Positions 45,550 through 56,268 are shown, counted from the stretch's first letter. The stretch: DNA of 57,103 bases from a virus (IMGVR_UViG_3300028666_000023:1-57103), one strand, 5' to 3'. A program made the numbers and translations. The notes: a model not told the origin generated them from the letters alone.

Positions 45550-48500
45550 CACAAGACTCGCGGGCTGCAGTACGTTCCAGCAGAGAGGGCGGTATCGACC
45601 GCCCACGCGACCGACATCCCCACGTCGACCTCTATCGTAGACCAATCGACGGAGACCGAGGAGCCGCCTGCGGTGCTGCGGATGAACGCGGTGATGACGT
45701 CGCCGTTGAGAACCGCGATGGAGATGGGGAACGACGCGACGATGCCGCCTGCCGTGAGCGTGAAGGGAATAGTAGCGACCGTGCTTCCGTTCTTCTGAAG
45801 AATGAGATCGTAGGTCGCGGGGCTGCCGATGGTCACGGCGTTGATGTTGAGCTCCGCTGTATCGAGCGTTCCGCCTGCGGTCATCGTGACCGGGCCGCTG
45901 ACCTGCATTCCCGGCGTGCTCGTGGGAACGGTGAACCAGTTCGCGTCCGCGAACGTCGCCGCGTCATCGGTGAAGACCGGCAGGTCGACCTGAAAGACAC
46001 TGTCCACCGTTGGCACCGTGGGCGCGCCGAACGTCGTACAAATCAACCCCGTGATGATGTCGCCGGGGCACAAGTACTTCTTGTCGACGCCCCACACCGT
46101 GGGAAGAGTCGGCGTCGGGAACGTCGGCGTCGTGAGCGGCGCGGTATCGACGTGACTCATCCAGCCGCCGCCGGCAGGGTTCGGCTGGTCGACCATCGTC
46201 GCCTCGCCGAACGTGTTGATGAAACACGCGCCGGCGTAGAGACTGAGGACGCCGCCGTACAGCACCTCGTCGGAGACCGCGACCTCCGTGTCGCCGATGG
46301 CCTCGCGCACGACGAAGAGCGGGTACGTGTACGTCGGCTTGATGAGCTTTACGAACGACTGCACGAAGAGCAGCGCCGAGAGGTTGAAGGCGCTCGAGTC
46401 GACGCGGACGAGGAACTTGAAGAACTTCTCGACCTCGAAGAAGCTGCCCTGATTCAGGTAGCCGCCGAACCACTCCGGGCTGTTCACGTAGTCGAGGACC
46501 TCGACGCCGGTGACGAGCGGTTGGAACTGCGCGACGGAATCACCAACGGCGAAGGGCTGGCCCGTCGCTGGGTTCGTCGCCATGGAGAGCGTGACGGGAT
46601 ACGAGTACTCGCGGACGATGGTCGTGTCGGCGGTGTCCTGTACGAGGATGCGGCCGGTGGTCACGGAGAAGTCGTTGCGAATCTCGACGATGACGCCGGC
46701 GACTTCTGCGAAGGGCAGGCCGAGGAGAATCTGCGTGCCCGCACGGAGATTGAAGACCGTCGGGCCGTTGAAGTACGCGTACCAAAGGCCCTGCACCGCG
46801 CTGAGGTAGTCGACGTTGCTCGGCAGCTGCGCGAGGTCGTCGAGGGTGAAGTTCGCAGGGATGCCGAAGTTCGCTTCGATCGTGGGGCGGTTGTCGAGGT
46901 ACGTGTACTCGGCCCACATCTGCGCGGGCGGTGACGTGTCTTGCCAGACATCGAGCGCGTCGGGGTCGTCGAGCGGCGTCTTCGCGATGAAGCGAATGCA
47001 CGGCAGCCCTCGGAACGTCTCGAGGAAGTAGTCCACGTTTCGGCGGAGGACCGCGGTGTCGTCAGCTGCGACGATGAGCTCTTGCAGCAGCGGCACGTCC
47101 ACGACGAGAGGGTCGACGGGGATGTACTTGTGCCGGAGCACGCCCTTCAGGAAGACGGAGTACAGCGACGGGTTGTTGAGGTAGAAGCCGAGCGCGCTCG
47201 CGTCGACCGGGAGAGAAGACGCAAGGATGGCTGAGGACCCGAGGACCGGGCAGACGATCTCTAGCGTCTGGTGCGTGACGAGCTGGGTGACCTCGTACTC
47301 GGCCTCGTCGCCAATCTCGGTCATGCCGAGGTAGAAGTTCAGGTCTTGCGAGGTTGTAGTCCCCGAGATGCTCCACGTCGTGTCCGTCACCGTCGGGAGC
47401 ACGTCGAGAAGCGTCACGCGCATGAAGAGGAACGGGTCGTTTGGATCGTCGACCACGCGCGCGATGCGATACGCGATGCCGTCGATGCAGAGGAAGTCGT
47501 TCGGCTGGATGTCGAGGAACTGGAGGCTGCGATCGCAGCGGTACGTCTGCACGCCGATGGCCGCGCCCACGGTGCCTGTCGGGGCCGCGTTCGTAGCATT
47601 GGCCGTGTAGATCGACAGCGTCGAAGTCGAAAGAACGGTGACGGGATACGGCGCATCGATGCGCACGCGGAACGCCGTGCCCGCGCGGTTCGAGATGAGG
47701 TTCACCTTCAGCTGCGTGTCGAACTGGCTCAGCGCAGCTTGGATGGCCGCGGCAATCGCAGCCGGCGTGAACGGGTTCGGGCCCGTGAAGGTGATGATCG
47801 TCGGGACGGACTGCGACGCGAGCTGAAGGTCGAGATGACTGCCGGAGACGCCCGAGATGCCACCCACGGCGACGTCGCTCGACTCGATGCCGGCGAAGAC
47901 CGCGCGCGTGGACGTGAGCTCGCTGAAGCTCGTGTCCTCCTGCATGAGGAGGTCGTAGTGCAGCCACTTCCGCTGGAAGGTGCGCTGGATATCGCGGAGG
48001 CTCTTCGCGTAGTCCGTCTGCCAGAGGTTCAGGAGCTCGGCGGCGGCGACCTGCGCGAGGCCCTGCCAGAAGCACGTGATGCGGTCCTTGTCCTCGACGA
48101 GCGACCAGAAGTCCGAGATGTAGTTCCAGAGGAATGACACGTCGGTCGTGCAGCCCTTGGCGACACCCGACTCCTGCACGTTTGCGATGACGCTGACCGT
48201 CTCGCTGAAGAGGGCGCCGTCAAAGACGGTGAGATCGAATTTGTAGATGCCGGGGACGTCCGGGTAGAACGTAGGCTTCTTGTCCGTCGGCGTGTTGAGC
48301 CCGCGCTGGCGGATGTACTTGAAGGCCGTGTTCGACGAGAAGCTGTCGGGGATCGTGTACGACGTCACGCGAACGTAGAAGCCGTCGCCATCCGTGCCCG
48401 TCGAGTCGACGTCGTAGGGGACGCCCTGCACAACGAGTACTTCTCCCGCGACGAGCGGGTCGATGTCATTCAGCTCCGAGAGCGCCACCGAGTAGAAGCG

Positions 48501-49487
48501 ATCGGTGAAACCGGTCGGCATCATGAGCGGGAGGGTGTGGCCGTCGGCGCCGTCGAAGACGTACTGGTCCCCGGGAGGCGCGTCGATGAGGCGCCACTTG
48601 TAGAGGAGCGGCGCGTTCTGCGGGTCGAAGCTGCGAGAGGCGTCGAGCTGCAGAATCGAACAGAGCTGGATGGCTTGGTCCGGGCCAGCGTCCGCGTGCG
48701 GCTGCACTGTCGGGATGATGAGGCCGGTGCCGAGGCAGATGTTGTTGATGCCGACCGACGACATCTCGCCGGCGGTGCCGCGCACCGCAACTTGCGACTG
48801 GCTCGGGGGAACAGTAGCCGCCGAGGCAGAGGGAATCGCGGGCAGCACGTAGCGGAGCTGGTGGCCGATGGAGAGGAGCTCGTCCGACTTGGTGACGTAG
48901 ATGTACACCGCGCCGGTCGAGAAGCTCATCGCGATGCGGATGGTCCAGTACTCGTTCTCGCTGACGAGGACCTGGCTGCCCGCGAGCTGCTGTAGCGGTG
49001 TGTCGAGCGCGAGGTCGCTGCTCCCGTTGATGTGGACGCAGCCGGTGTACGCGAGGCCGATCTTCGAGAAGAACAATCCCGCGCAGCCGCCCGCGGCCGC
49101 ACTCGTCCCGAAGAAGATGTGCTTGTTGATGATGTTGGAGAAGTCGTTCGGCAGGCTCTGGAAGCGGACGGAGAACTCGAACGTCCAGTTCTCCGGGACG
49201 GCCTCGTCGATGATCATCGCCGCTTCGGTCGGGTCGTACGTCCCGCCACCGGATGCGATGATCTGGTCCATCGTCGTGATGTCGATGGGGAACTGTCCGC
49301 CGCTACCGATGGTCGAGACCTCGGGGTGCGTGAGGATCGTGGAGATGGGGCCACACGGACCGCAGCAGTAGATGTCGAACGGCGGAACGTTCGGGATCGG
49401 TCCTCCCGTAACAGGCGCGAGCGAGCCACCCCACGGGGTCTTGCCCCAGGGGCCAGTGCCCCATCCCGGGATGACGCAGTTACTCAT
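45549..49487 (-). CDS. Large baseplate wedge-like protein with PKD/Ig domain
   Basis: Start MSNCVIPGWGTGPWG; PKD-like ADAGPDQ...LDASRSFDP...YKWRL; GLWYAYFNGPT and IKPTYT wedge-like motifs. Confidence 0.65.
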   Translation of the reverse strand: MSNCVIPGWGTGPWGKTPWGGSLAPVTGGPIPNVPPFDIYCCGPCGPISTILTHPEVSTIGSGGQFPIDITTMDQIIASGGGTYDPTEAAMIIDEAVPENWTFEFSVRFQSLPNDFSNIINKHIFFGTSAAAGGCAGLFFSKIGLAYTGCVHINGSSDLALDTPLQQLAGSQVLVSENEYWTIRIAMSFSTGAVYIYVTKSDELLSIGHQLRYVLPAIPSASAATVPPSQSQVAVRGTAGEMSSVGINNICLGTGLIIPTVQPHADAGPDQAIQLCSILQLDASRSFDPQNAPLLYKWRLIDAPPGDQYVFDGADGHTLPLMMPTGFTDRFYSVALSELNDIDPLVAGEVLVVQGVPYDVDSTGTDGDGFYVRVTSYTIPDSFSSNTAFKYIRQRGLNTPTDKKPTFYPDVPGIYKFDLTVFDGALFSETVSVIANVQESGVAKGCTTDVSFLWNYISDFWSLVEDKDRITCFWQGLAQVAAAELLNLWQTDYAKSLRDIQRTFQRKWLHYDLLMQEDTSFSELTSTRAVFAGIESSDVAVGGISGVSGSHLDLQLASQSVPTIITFTGPNPFTPAAIAAAIQAALSQFDTQLKVNLISNRAGTAFRVRIDAPYPVTVLSTSTLSIYTANATNAAPTGTVGAAIGVQTYRCDRSLQFLDIQPNDFLCIDGIAYRIARVVDDPNDPFLFMRVTLLDVLPTVTDTTWSISGTTTSQDLNFYLGMTEIGDEAEYEVTQLVTHQTLEIVCPVLGSSAILASSLPVDASALGFYLNNPSLYSVFLKGVLRHKYIPVDPLVVDVPLLQELIVAADDTAVLRRNVDYFLETFRGLPCIRFIAKTPLDDPDALDVWQDTSPPAQMWAEYTYLDNRPTIEANFGIPANFTLDDLAQLPSNVDYLSAVQGLWYAYFNGPTVFNLRAGTQILLGLPFAEVAGVIVEIRNDFSVTTGRILVQDTADTTIVREYSYPVTLSMATNPATGQPFAVGDSVAQFQPLVTGVEVLDYVNSPEWFGGYLNQGSFFEVEKFFKFLVRVDSSAFNLSALLFVQSFVKLIKPTYTYPLFVVREAIGDTEVAVSDEVLYGGVLSLYAGACFINTFGEATMVDQPNPAGGGWMSHVDTAPLTTPTFPTPTLPTVWGVDKKYLCPGDIITGLICTTFGAPTVPTVDSVFQVDLPVFTDDAATFADANWFTVPTSTPGMQVSGPVTMTAGGTLDTAELNINAVTIGSPATYDLILQKNGSTVATIPFTLTAGGIVASFPISIAVLNGDVITAFIRSTAGGSSVSVDWSTIEVDVGMSVAWAVDTALSAGTYCSPRVL

Positions 49488-49837
49488 TTCGAGGCGGCTT
49501 CCTGCAAAATCGTCTGGCAGTTGTCGGTGGAGTACGTGTCGGCGGAGATGCCTGCGAGCGCGGTGAAGAGCGTGGCAAGACCGCCCGCGGCAGCAGTTGC
49601 GATGCCGATGCCGAGTTTGACGCCCTGGTCGTCGGTCGCGATTGTACTCACACCGCTGGCCCCGGAGCCAGCTCCGAAGAGCGCGCCGAGCACGATCCAC
49701 CAGTTGTGCGCTGTGCGAACGCCCTGACAGTGCGAAACCTGCTGCTGCGTCGGGACCTCAGCGCGGAAGACAGGGCTGTGCGCCGTCACCGGCTGGATGC
49801 AACCCGCGAGGAGCAAAAGAAGCAGGAGCTTGCTCAT
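49484..49837 (-). CDS. Lipoprotein with hydrophobic helical hairpin
   Basis: Lipobox signal MSKLLLLLLLAG-C; two Gly/Ala-rich hydrophobic segments flanked by Cys. Confidence 0.7.
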   Translation of the reverse strand: MSKLLLLLLLAGCIQPVTAHSPVFRAEVPTQQQVSHCQGVRTAHNWWIVLGALFGAGSGASGVSTIATDDQGVKLGIGIATAAAGGLATLFTALAGISADTYSTDNCQTILQEAASK

Positions 49838-49844
49838 GGCACCC

Positions 49845-49850
49845 ATTCTA
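49845..49850 (-). promoter_or_regulatory. -10-like box TAGAAT 7 nt before ATG
   Basis: Overlaps the stop codon of the upstream gene; no RBS. Confidence 0.4.
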
Positions 49851-50405
49851 CTGGGTCCACTGTCCTTCAACAGTGAGTCTCGTGGGTGGGTTGGTTGAGG
49901 CCGGGGCGCCTCGAAGCGAAATCTGGGTGTCGACCCACGGCCCGACCTTGGCGTTCGTGACAGAGTCGAAGGCGAGGAGCTTGTACACGGTCGTTGGCGC
50001 TTGCGTGAGCGGGGTGATCGGACCACCTGTGTGCGGAAGCTCGGACGTGGCCTGTCCGAATACTTCTGGCGTGGCTCCGAGAAACGTCTTGTTCGCTTCG
50101 TTGACGCCGCGTCGGCCCGTGACTCCGTAGTCCGCGCCATCGATCGTCATCTTCGTAGCCGCCTGCGAGCGACTTTGCTGCGATGTCGTCTCGACCACAC
50201 CTGAACCGATGGGTGTGATGTTCGCCTCGCCTGCACCTGGAAACTTCGATGCGCCGTAGTCGACCTGCGAGAAGGGGGTGAAGGTCATCGCAGCCAAGGA
50301 CTCGCTAGACGACTCCTTCGGCGAGATGGTGCTTGCCTGATTCAGAACGCTGTTTCCATCGTTCGTCAGGCTGCGTCGTTGCGATGCTCCGTTGTCGACA
50401 GGCAC
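49848..50405 (-). CDS. Hypothetical Ser/Thr-rich virion protein
   Basis: 185-aa ORF with GAGG RBS. Confidence 0.65.
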   Translation of the reverse strand: MPVDNGASQRRSLTNDGNSVLNQASTISPKESSSESLAAMTFTPFSQVDYGASKFPGAGEANITPIGSGVVETTSQQSRSQAATKMTIDGADYGVTGRRGVNEANKTFLGATPEVFGQATSELPHTGGPITPLTQAPTTVYKLLAFDSVTNAKVGPWVDTQISLRGAPASTNPPTRLTVEGQWTQ

Positions 50406-50412
50406 GAGTACC

Positions 50413-52116
50413 TCACTGATTCAAGGGAATCGTTGCTCCATCCCACGGACCGATCACGACAGAAATCGTGGAGCTGGAGAACTGGGCCCACTTCTTCGAA
50501 TCGTACGTGTCCGTCGCATTGCCCCCCATGACCCAGTAGATCCAGCGGAGCGTTCCCTTGCGACACTTCGTGAGCACAGTCGAATCGTTGACGACCCAGA
50601 TAGGCTCGCGAACGGGCACAGGCGTTGTAGAGAACGTGCACGCGACGGAGTCCCGATTGCCGAGGTTCGTGTTGATGGCGAACGCTGCGGCGACGTTCTC
50701 CAGTGCCGCACCGCCGAACGTTGAGAAGGTGTCGCCGGTCGGGAATCCTCTGCGGCGGAAGCCGTAGTAACTCGTGGCGGTCTGGAGCCACGTCGAGTTC
50801 CAGAAGTCGGTGACTGCCGTTCCACCGTTGTTGCCCGTACGCGCCTGCCCGTAGTTCGCTCCACCGAACGCGAAGAGCCAGACGAAGGGGTCGAGGTCGC
50901 CGTCTTCTTGGTCGTCGAGACGCTGAAAGCCACACCCACTGAAGGCGACGTTGCTCGTCGCGGGGATACCCATGACGAGTAAGAGCGAGCCGTCCGCGGA
51001 CGTGTTTGTGTCCTCGATCATGCTCGCGCACAAGATCTGCCCGAGCCCGAACGTGGTGGAGGTCGAATCGTTGGTCCACGGTCCTGCGCTCGTTCCAACG
51101 GCTCCCGAGCCTCCGGTGCCGGGCCCAGCGACGTACGTTCCCACCGTCGGGAAGCCGTTCGTGAGAGGGCTTCCGCCGGATGCGCCACCAGGACAGATCG
51201 TCGCCGTCGCCGTGCCGAGTGCGGCCATGGTCGAGAAGCGTCCGGTGGTCGCCGTTGTCGTTGCCTCGGTGATGCTTTCGATGACCTGGAAGTAGATGTG
51301 CCCGGTAGTGGTCGTCGCTCTCCAGAAGACAACCTCGCGCACGTACTCGAGCAGCGTGGCTGTCGGAGTGACGGAAGTGCCCGAGACGGCGCCCGTGACG
51401 CTGTGTGTGGAGTCCCATCCACGAACGCCTGCACCCGTTCCGCTGACGCGCGGCGAGATGACGAGCCACCCGCCGTTCACCGTATCGACGTAGACGCCGA
51501 TGACCTCACCTGTCGCGCCGGTGGTTGCCTGCGTGACGTTCTCACCCTTCACGAAGACCGGCGTGGCCGTACCGATCGGAAACTTGATGGTGGATGGTCC
51601 CTGGAGGTTGATCCACGCACCCGCGCCGAGGGGCACACCAGAGACTGCGTACGTGTCGAGGAGAGCGCTCTTCTCCGTCCAGGCTGCCGTGCCTGCAGAC
51701 GTCTCGGCGATCGCCGCAGGGTTCTCTACCTGAACCGACGTCGTGCTGAGGAACTTCGTGATCAACCAAGTGCCGTTGTTCGCGCTGTTGGTCATTCCTG
51801 AAAGAACGAGGAAGTGTCCGGGCGAGCTCGACGTGAAGTTCGCTCCAGACATTCCGGAGATGGTTGTTCTCCCCCCGAATGCCGTGGACGACGGACTCGA
51901 AACGGTGATCGCTGCCGTGCCCGTCTGGGAGCCGACCTGTTGTCCCGCGCCCCACTTGTCGTTCGACGGATTGCCCGTCGTCTCTTTGGTGGTTCCGTCC
52001 GACGACGCCTTGTAACGCCAGCCGGCCGCCTTCATGGCGCGCGTCAGCCACCAAATGAACGTGAACTGCTCGTTGGAGCTGTTCGGGGGGATGTTCAGAA
52101 CTTGAACGTTCGACAT
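50413..52116 (-). CDS. Tail fibre-like paralog (copy 4 in transcription order)
   Basis: Shares W.LTR.M..AGW.YKAS, LQGPST, REVVFW, E.GD.DP, REP.W and GPWDG with its neighbours. Confidence 0.75.
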   Translation of the reverse strand: MSNVQVLNIPPNSSNEQFTFIWWLTRAMKAAGWRYKASSDGTTKETTGNPSNDKWGAGQQVGSQTGTAAITVSSPSSTAFGGRTTISGMSGANFTSSSPGHFLVLSGMTNSANNGTWLITKFLSTTSVQVENPAAIAETSAGTAAWTEKSALLDTYAVSGVPLGAGAWINLQGPSTIKFPIGTATPVFVKGENVTQATTGATGEVIGVYVDTVNGGWLVISPRVSGTGAGVRGWDSTHSVTGAVSGTSVTPTATLLEYVREVVFWRATTTTGHIYFQVIESITEATTTATTGRFSTMAALGTATATICPGGASGGSPLTNGFPTVGTYVAGPGTGGSGAVGTSAGPWTNDSTSTTFGLGQILCASMIEDTNTSADGSLLLVMGIPATSNVAFSGCGFQRLDDQEDGDLDPFVWLFAFGGANYGQARTGNNGGTAVTDFWNSTWLQTATSYYGFRRRGFPTGDTFSTFGGAALENVAAAFAINTNLGNRDSVACTFSTTPVPVREPIWVVNDSTVLTKCRKGTLRWIYWVMGGNATDTYDSKKWAQFSSSTISVVIGPWDGATIPLNQ

Positions 52117-52123
52117 GGCTCAC

Positions 52124-54088
52124 TCACGCGTTGGCTGCGACCGATGCGCCGTCCCACGGGCCGGCAACGAGAGGCGAAATGTTGGTACCTCCACTCAGCT
52201 GGACGTACTGACCGCTATTGTACGTCATGCTCGACACACCACCTTCGGTGATGGCGAGCCAGCGCATTGTCCCTTTGCGCATCTTCTGACCGGACTGCGT
52301 TGAGATGACCCACAGCGGCTCGCGAATCATCTGCTCCTGCACCGAGTGCATCACGCGCGCGATGCCGGTGATCTGAGAGAAGACAGTCGACGTACGCCCG
52401 ATCTGGTGACCTTGAAATTGCTGGAAGGTGTCGCCCGTGGGAAAGCCGCGGCGGCGGTACCCCTTCCAGTACGTGTTCGCAACACCGGTGCCGAAGATGA
52501 CCTGATTGAAGCCGTCGTTGTCGCCGATGTTCGTGATGCCCGTTGTTCTCGTGCCGTCGTACACAGCTGCGCACGGGCTGAAGGACACGTACGGATCGAC
52601 ATCGCCCTCCTCGCTGTCGTCACAGCGCTGGTAGACGATGGGCGCGTACGCGTAGTTCGCAGTCGCCGGTTGACCCATCGCGAGGATGTAACTCCCATCC
52701 GCATCGGCCCCTGCGAGGGCGATGTTGCTCGCACACAGGAAGTGGCAGTTACCCGCGATACCGACGGACGTGACGCTGAACCAGTTCGCCGCTCCGGTGC
52801 CGACCGCGGATGTATTCCCCGTGCCGGTCACGGTGTACGTGCCGAACGGCGAGAACCCCACCGACGCATTGCTTCCGGGCGCGAGCACGTTCGTGACCGC
52901 GGCGTTCGCTGCGACCGTCGAAAAGCGATACGTCGCCTCTGCGCTTTGATCGATGCACTGGACGTAGATGTGCCCCTGCGCCTGGGTGCTCTTCCAGAAA
53001 ACAACCTCGCGGATGAACTCGATGGGCGTGATGTTCGCCGTCGTGATGGCCGCAGCGGAGATCGCGCCCGTAAGCGTGTCCGTTCCACCCGTCGTCCATC
53101 CGTGAACGCCGCTGCCGGTGCCGTCGAGGCGGGGTGCGATGACCGCGAAGCCGAGGCCGTTCACCGTGTCGGTAACGATGCCGAGAAGCGTTCCAGTCGC
53201 GCCGCTCGTCGTCTGCGTCACGAGCTCGTTGCGAACGAAGGTCCCTGTGGGGGTATTCGTTCCGAGAGGGATCTTGAGCGTGGACGGACCCTGGAGAACA
53301 GTCCACGCGCCCGCGCCCGTCGCGCCCTGCAGGCTCGTCGGGTACGCCATCGAGAGCGGGCTCATCTCGGTCCAGATCAACGCGCCGTTGTTTGCGTCGG
53401 TCGTCGCAGCTGAGTTGTCGATCTCCACCGAGGTCGTCGAGATCACGCGCGTGATTCGGAACGTCCCGTTGTTCGCGCCCGTTGCCGCACCGATGATCGT
53501 GAGCGAGTCACCTGCGCTGCCACGAATCAACGGCACCGACTGCCCCGGCACCATACCCGTGAGGCCGGTGACGATCGCGCGCTTCGGCGTCGCTCCGTTG
53601 GTCCCGGCGGCGAAGATGTTCGCGACCGCGCCGCCCTGCATTTCCTTCCACGTGATGTTCGCGCCCGACTCCGCGACTGCTCCGGGGTTGAACACCGTAA
53701 CCGTCGTTCCGGCCTGGGCGGTGATCCTGAAGATGCCGTTGTTGTTTGCATTCAACGCACCAGCGATCTGCACCCAGCGGCCGACCGAGTTCGCGACAAA
53801 TCCGCTGACCGAGGAGATGACCGACGTACCCGTCGCGCCCGCTGCAGCGATGCTGGGGTTCGTGCCCGTCTGTGCGCCAACCTGCGTGATGTTCACGCCG
53901 CCGCCGATACCCCATTTGTCGTTCGCCGGATTGGCCGAGGTGTCCTTGTTCGCCGTCGTCCCGAGCGCATCAGCGCTCGCCTTGTAGACCCACCCAGCCG
54001 CGAGCATCGTACGCGTCAACTTCCAGATGGCCTGGAAGTACTCGTTCGTTGCATTGAGCTGGAAGTTCGGAACGACTGCGTGGCCCAT
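52124..54088 (-). CDS. Tail fibre-like paralog (copy 3)
   Basis: Same motif series with a duplicated NNG.FRIT module. Confidence 0.75.
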   Translation of the reverse strand: MGHAVVPNFQLNATNEYFQAIWKLTRTMLAAGWVYKASADALGTTANKDTSANPANDKWGIGGGVNITQVGAQTGTNPSIAAAGATGTSVISSVSGFVANSVGRWVQIAGALNANNNGIFRITAQAGTTVTVFNPGAVAESGANITWKEMQGGAVANIFAAGTNGATPKRAIVTGLTGMVPGQSVPLIRGSAGDSLTIIGAATGANNGTFRITRVISTTSVEIDNSAATTDANNGALIWTEMSPLSMAYPTSLQGATGAGAWTVLQGPSTLKIPLGTNTPTGTFVRNELVTQTTSGATGTLLGIVTDTVNGLGFAVIAPRLDGTGSGVHGWTTGGTDTLTGAISAAAITTANITPIEFIREVVFWKSTQAQGHIYVQCIDQSAEATYRFSTVAANAAVTNVLAPGSNASVGFSPFGTYTVTGTGNTSAVGTGAANWFSVTSVGIAGNCHFLCASNIALAGADADGSYILAMGQPATANYAYAPIVYQRCDDSEEGDVDPYVSFSPCAAVYDGTRTTGITNIGDNDGFNQVIFGTGVANTYWKGYRRRGFPTGDTFQQFQGHQIGRTSTVFSQITGIARVMHSVQEQMIREPLWVISTQSGQKMRKGTMRWLAITEGGVSSMTYNSGQYVQLSGGTNISPLVAGPWDGASVAANA

Positions 54089-54096
54089 GAGAAATC

Positions 54097-56265
54097 CTAC
54101 TGGTTAGCGGGGACAGTTGTACCGTCTCCCGGACCCACTACGATGTTCGGACTCGTCGAAGATAGCTGAACCCACAGCTTCCCGTCGTACGTATCCGTTG
54201 AGGCGTTCGTCTGCACCACCTGCCACCACCGCGTCGAACCCTTTCGAGATTTGTTTGGCCCTGCTTGTCCGACGGTCGGGCTGTACGCAATCAGGAAGAA
54301 CGGCTCTCGCACAGTCACGGTCGCGGGCGTGGTGGCAACGAGATCGGGTGAGGCCACATTTGTCTGTGCAGCGGGTGCGTTCGCAAACCCGACCAAGCCA
54401 CCCTGATACTCCTGGAACGCGTCGTTGAACCCACCCGAGTTCGGCAGGCCTCGATGCTTGAACCCCATGAAGCCTGAACAGGCACTCCAGCCCGAGTTGG
54501 TGCCCGATGCGATCGCAGTTCCCTGATCGGCCAGTGTTGCCTGACGAACCGTATTCTGGAGGCGGTCCCTGTTGTAGGCGGAGGTCGGGTTGTCCGTGAA
54601 GGCCCACGCGTACGGGTCGACGTCACCTTCTTCCGTATCGTCCAAACGCAAGAACCCACCGAGCGTGAAGTAGCCCGCGGTGACGAGTCCTCCGTTCGAT
54701 GTGTTTCCCACACCACCCGTACATCCAGTGAGTGTAGTCGCACCGGTACCCGTGTACTTGACGATCTGAACGCCGCTCGACGTTGTGATGAGAACGATGC
54801 CCGCGCTCAAAAGACCAGAAGCATTTCCGGAAGCGACGTTGATCGTCCCCGTAGGGAGCGCCTGCACTCCAGTGGTCGTTGTATTCCCGGCGTTCGTTGT
54901 GGCGACGCCGATCGCCATCGTTGCACTTCCGTCAGCCGAGATGTTCGCATCCTCGATGCAGTTCGCTGCGAAGAGCTGCGCTTTCCCAGCCGAGACCGAG
55001 CTGGAGTAGTTGTTCCAGTTGGCTGAGTTGGTCGCGGCTGTTCCGGTACCGGCGCCGCCGAGCGCGGTGAACGCCCCCACGGTCGGGAAGCCATTCGTCG
55101 TCGTATCGTTGCCCGCGATCGCTCCGGGCGGATGGATGAAGTCGGCAACCGTTCCGGCCATCGTGGAGAAACGACCCGTCGACCACTTCACCGCGTTGCC
55201 AGTGGCCATCGCAGACGTACCGCCCTGGCATCCCGTGAAGCTCGTTGGCGTGACGCCGGTGTACGTGATCGTCTCGCTGCGCGTGGCGGTTGCAACAACG
55301 ATGGTGCCTGACGTCGGGAACCCCGAAGTCGAGCCGACGAAGATGGTGCCTTGCGGAAGCGTCTGTCCGTTCGACGCTGCTGCGATGGTTGTCGAGGCCG
55401 ACGCTGTCGATGCTTCACCGACGCTGTCGATGCACTGGTAGAAGATGTGCCCCGAGTGGATGTCGTTGTACCAAAACACCACTTCGCGCACGTACTCGAT
55501 GACCGTCGCCGTCGGGGTGACCGTCGCGCCGGAGGCGGCGCCCGTGATCGTGTGCGTGTGGTCCCAGCCACGCGGGTCACTGCCCGTTCCGCTCACACGA
55601 GGGCAGATGACGAGGAAGCCACCGTTCACCGTATCGATATAGACGCCGATGACTTCGCCCTGCGCCCCCGACGTCGCCTGGGTAACGTTCTCGCCCTTGA
55701 TGAACTGGCCCGTCGTGTTCGCGATGGTGCCGATGGGCACGCGCATCGTGGACGGCCCCTGAAGGAGAAGCCACGCCCCCGAGGCGGCGACCCCCGCCGG
55801 CGGATACGTGTCCGTGAGCGCGCTCAGCTCGGTGTACGTCGCAGTCCCGGGAGTCGTCTCTGCAACGGCGGCGGGGTTCTCGATTTGAACCGACGAGGAC
55901 GAGATGAACTTCGTGATGAGCCACGTTCCGTTGTTTGCCGAGTTCGTCGCACCGGTGATCTTCAGGAAGTGACCGACCGAGCTCGTTGCCATCGAGGCTA
56001 GGCCGGTGAGAGTCGCGCGGCCGCCGAACGACGTCGAGTTCGGAGAGCCGATGGTGAACGCGACGGTCGTGGGGCCTTGTACTGTTCCCCCGCCGCCCCA
56101 AAAGTCGTTGTTCGGATTACCCGTCGAGTCGACGGTGGTCGTGCCGTTGCCGCTGGCCTTGTAGCGCCAACCTGCGTGCTTCATCAAACGCGTGAGCTTC
56201 CACAACGCCGTGAACTGTTCGTTCGACGAGTTGAGCGCGAAGTTCTCTGCTTGGATGTGCGACAT
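54097..56265 (-). CDS. Tail fibre-like paralog (copy 2)
   Basis: Same motif series with two inserted LP.GTI.V.S...YTG...TGC.GG modules. Confidence 0.75.
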   Translation of the reverse strand: MSHIQAENFALNSSNEQFTALWKLTRLMKHAGWRYKASGNGTTTVDSTGNPNNDFWGGGGTVQGPTTVAFTIGSPNSTSFGGRATLTGLASMATSSVGHFLKITGATNSANNGTWLITKFISSSSVQIENPAAVAETTPGTATYTELSALTDTYPPAGVAASGAWLLLQGPSTMRVPIGTIANTTGQFIKGENVTQATSGAQGEVIGVYIDTVNGGFLVICPRVSGTGSDPRGWDHTHTITGAASGATVTPTATVIEYVREVVFWYNDIHSGHIFYQCIDSVGEASTASASTTIAAASNGQTLPQGTIFVGSTSGFPTSGTIVVATATRSETITYTGVTPTSFTGCQGGTSAMATGNAVKWSTGRFSTMAGTVADFIHPPGAIAGNDTTTNGFPTVGAFTALGGAGTGTAATNSANWNNYSSSVSAGKAQLFAANCIEDANISADGSATMAIGVATTNAGNTTTTGVQALPTGTINVASGNASGLLSAGIVLITTSSGVQIVKYTGTGATTLTGCTGGVGNTSNGGLVTAGYFTLGGFLRLDDTEEGDVDPYAWAFTDNPTSAYNRDRLQNTVRQATLADQGTAIASGTNSGWSACSGFMGFKHRGLPNSGGFNDAFQEYQGGLVGFANAPAAQTNVASPDLVATTPATVTVREPFFLIAYSPTVGQAGPNKSRKGSTRWWQVVQTNASTDTYDGKLWVQLSSTSPNIVVGPGDGTTVPANQ

Positions 56266-56268
56266 GCG

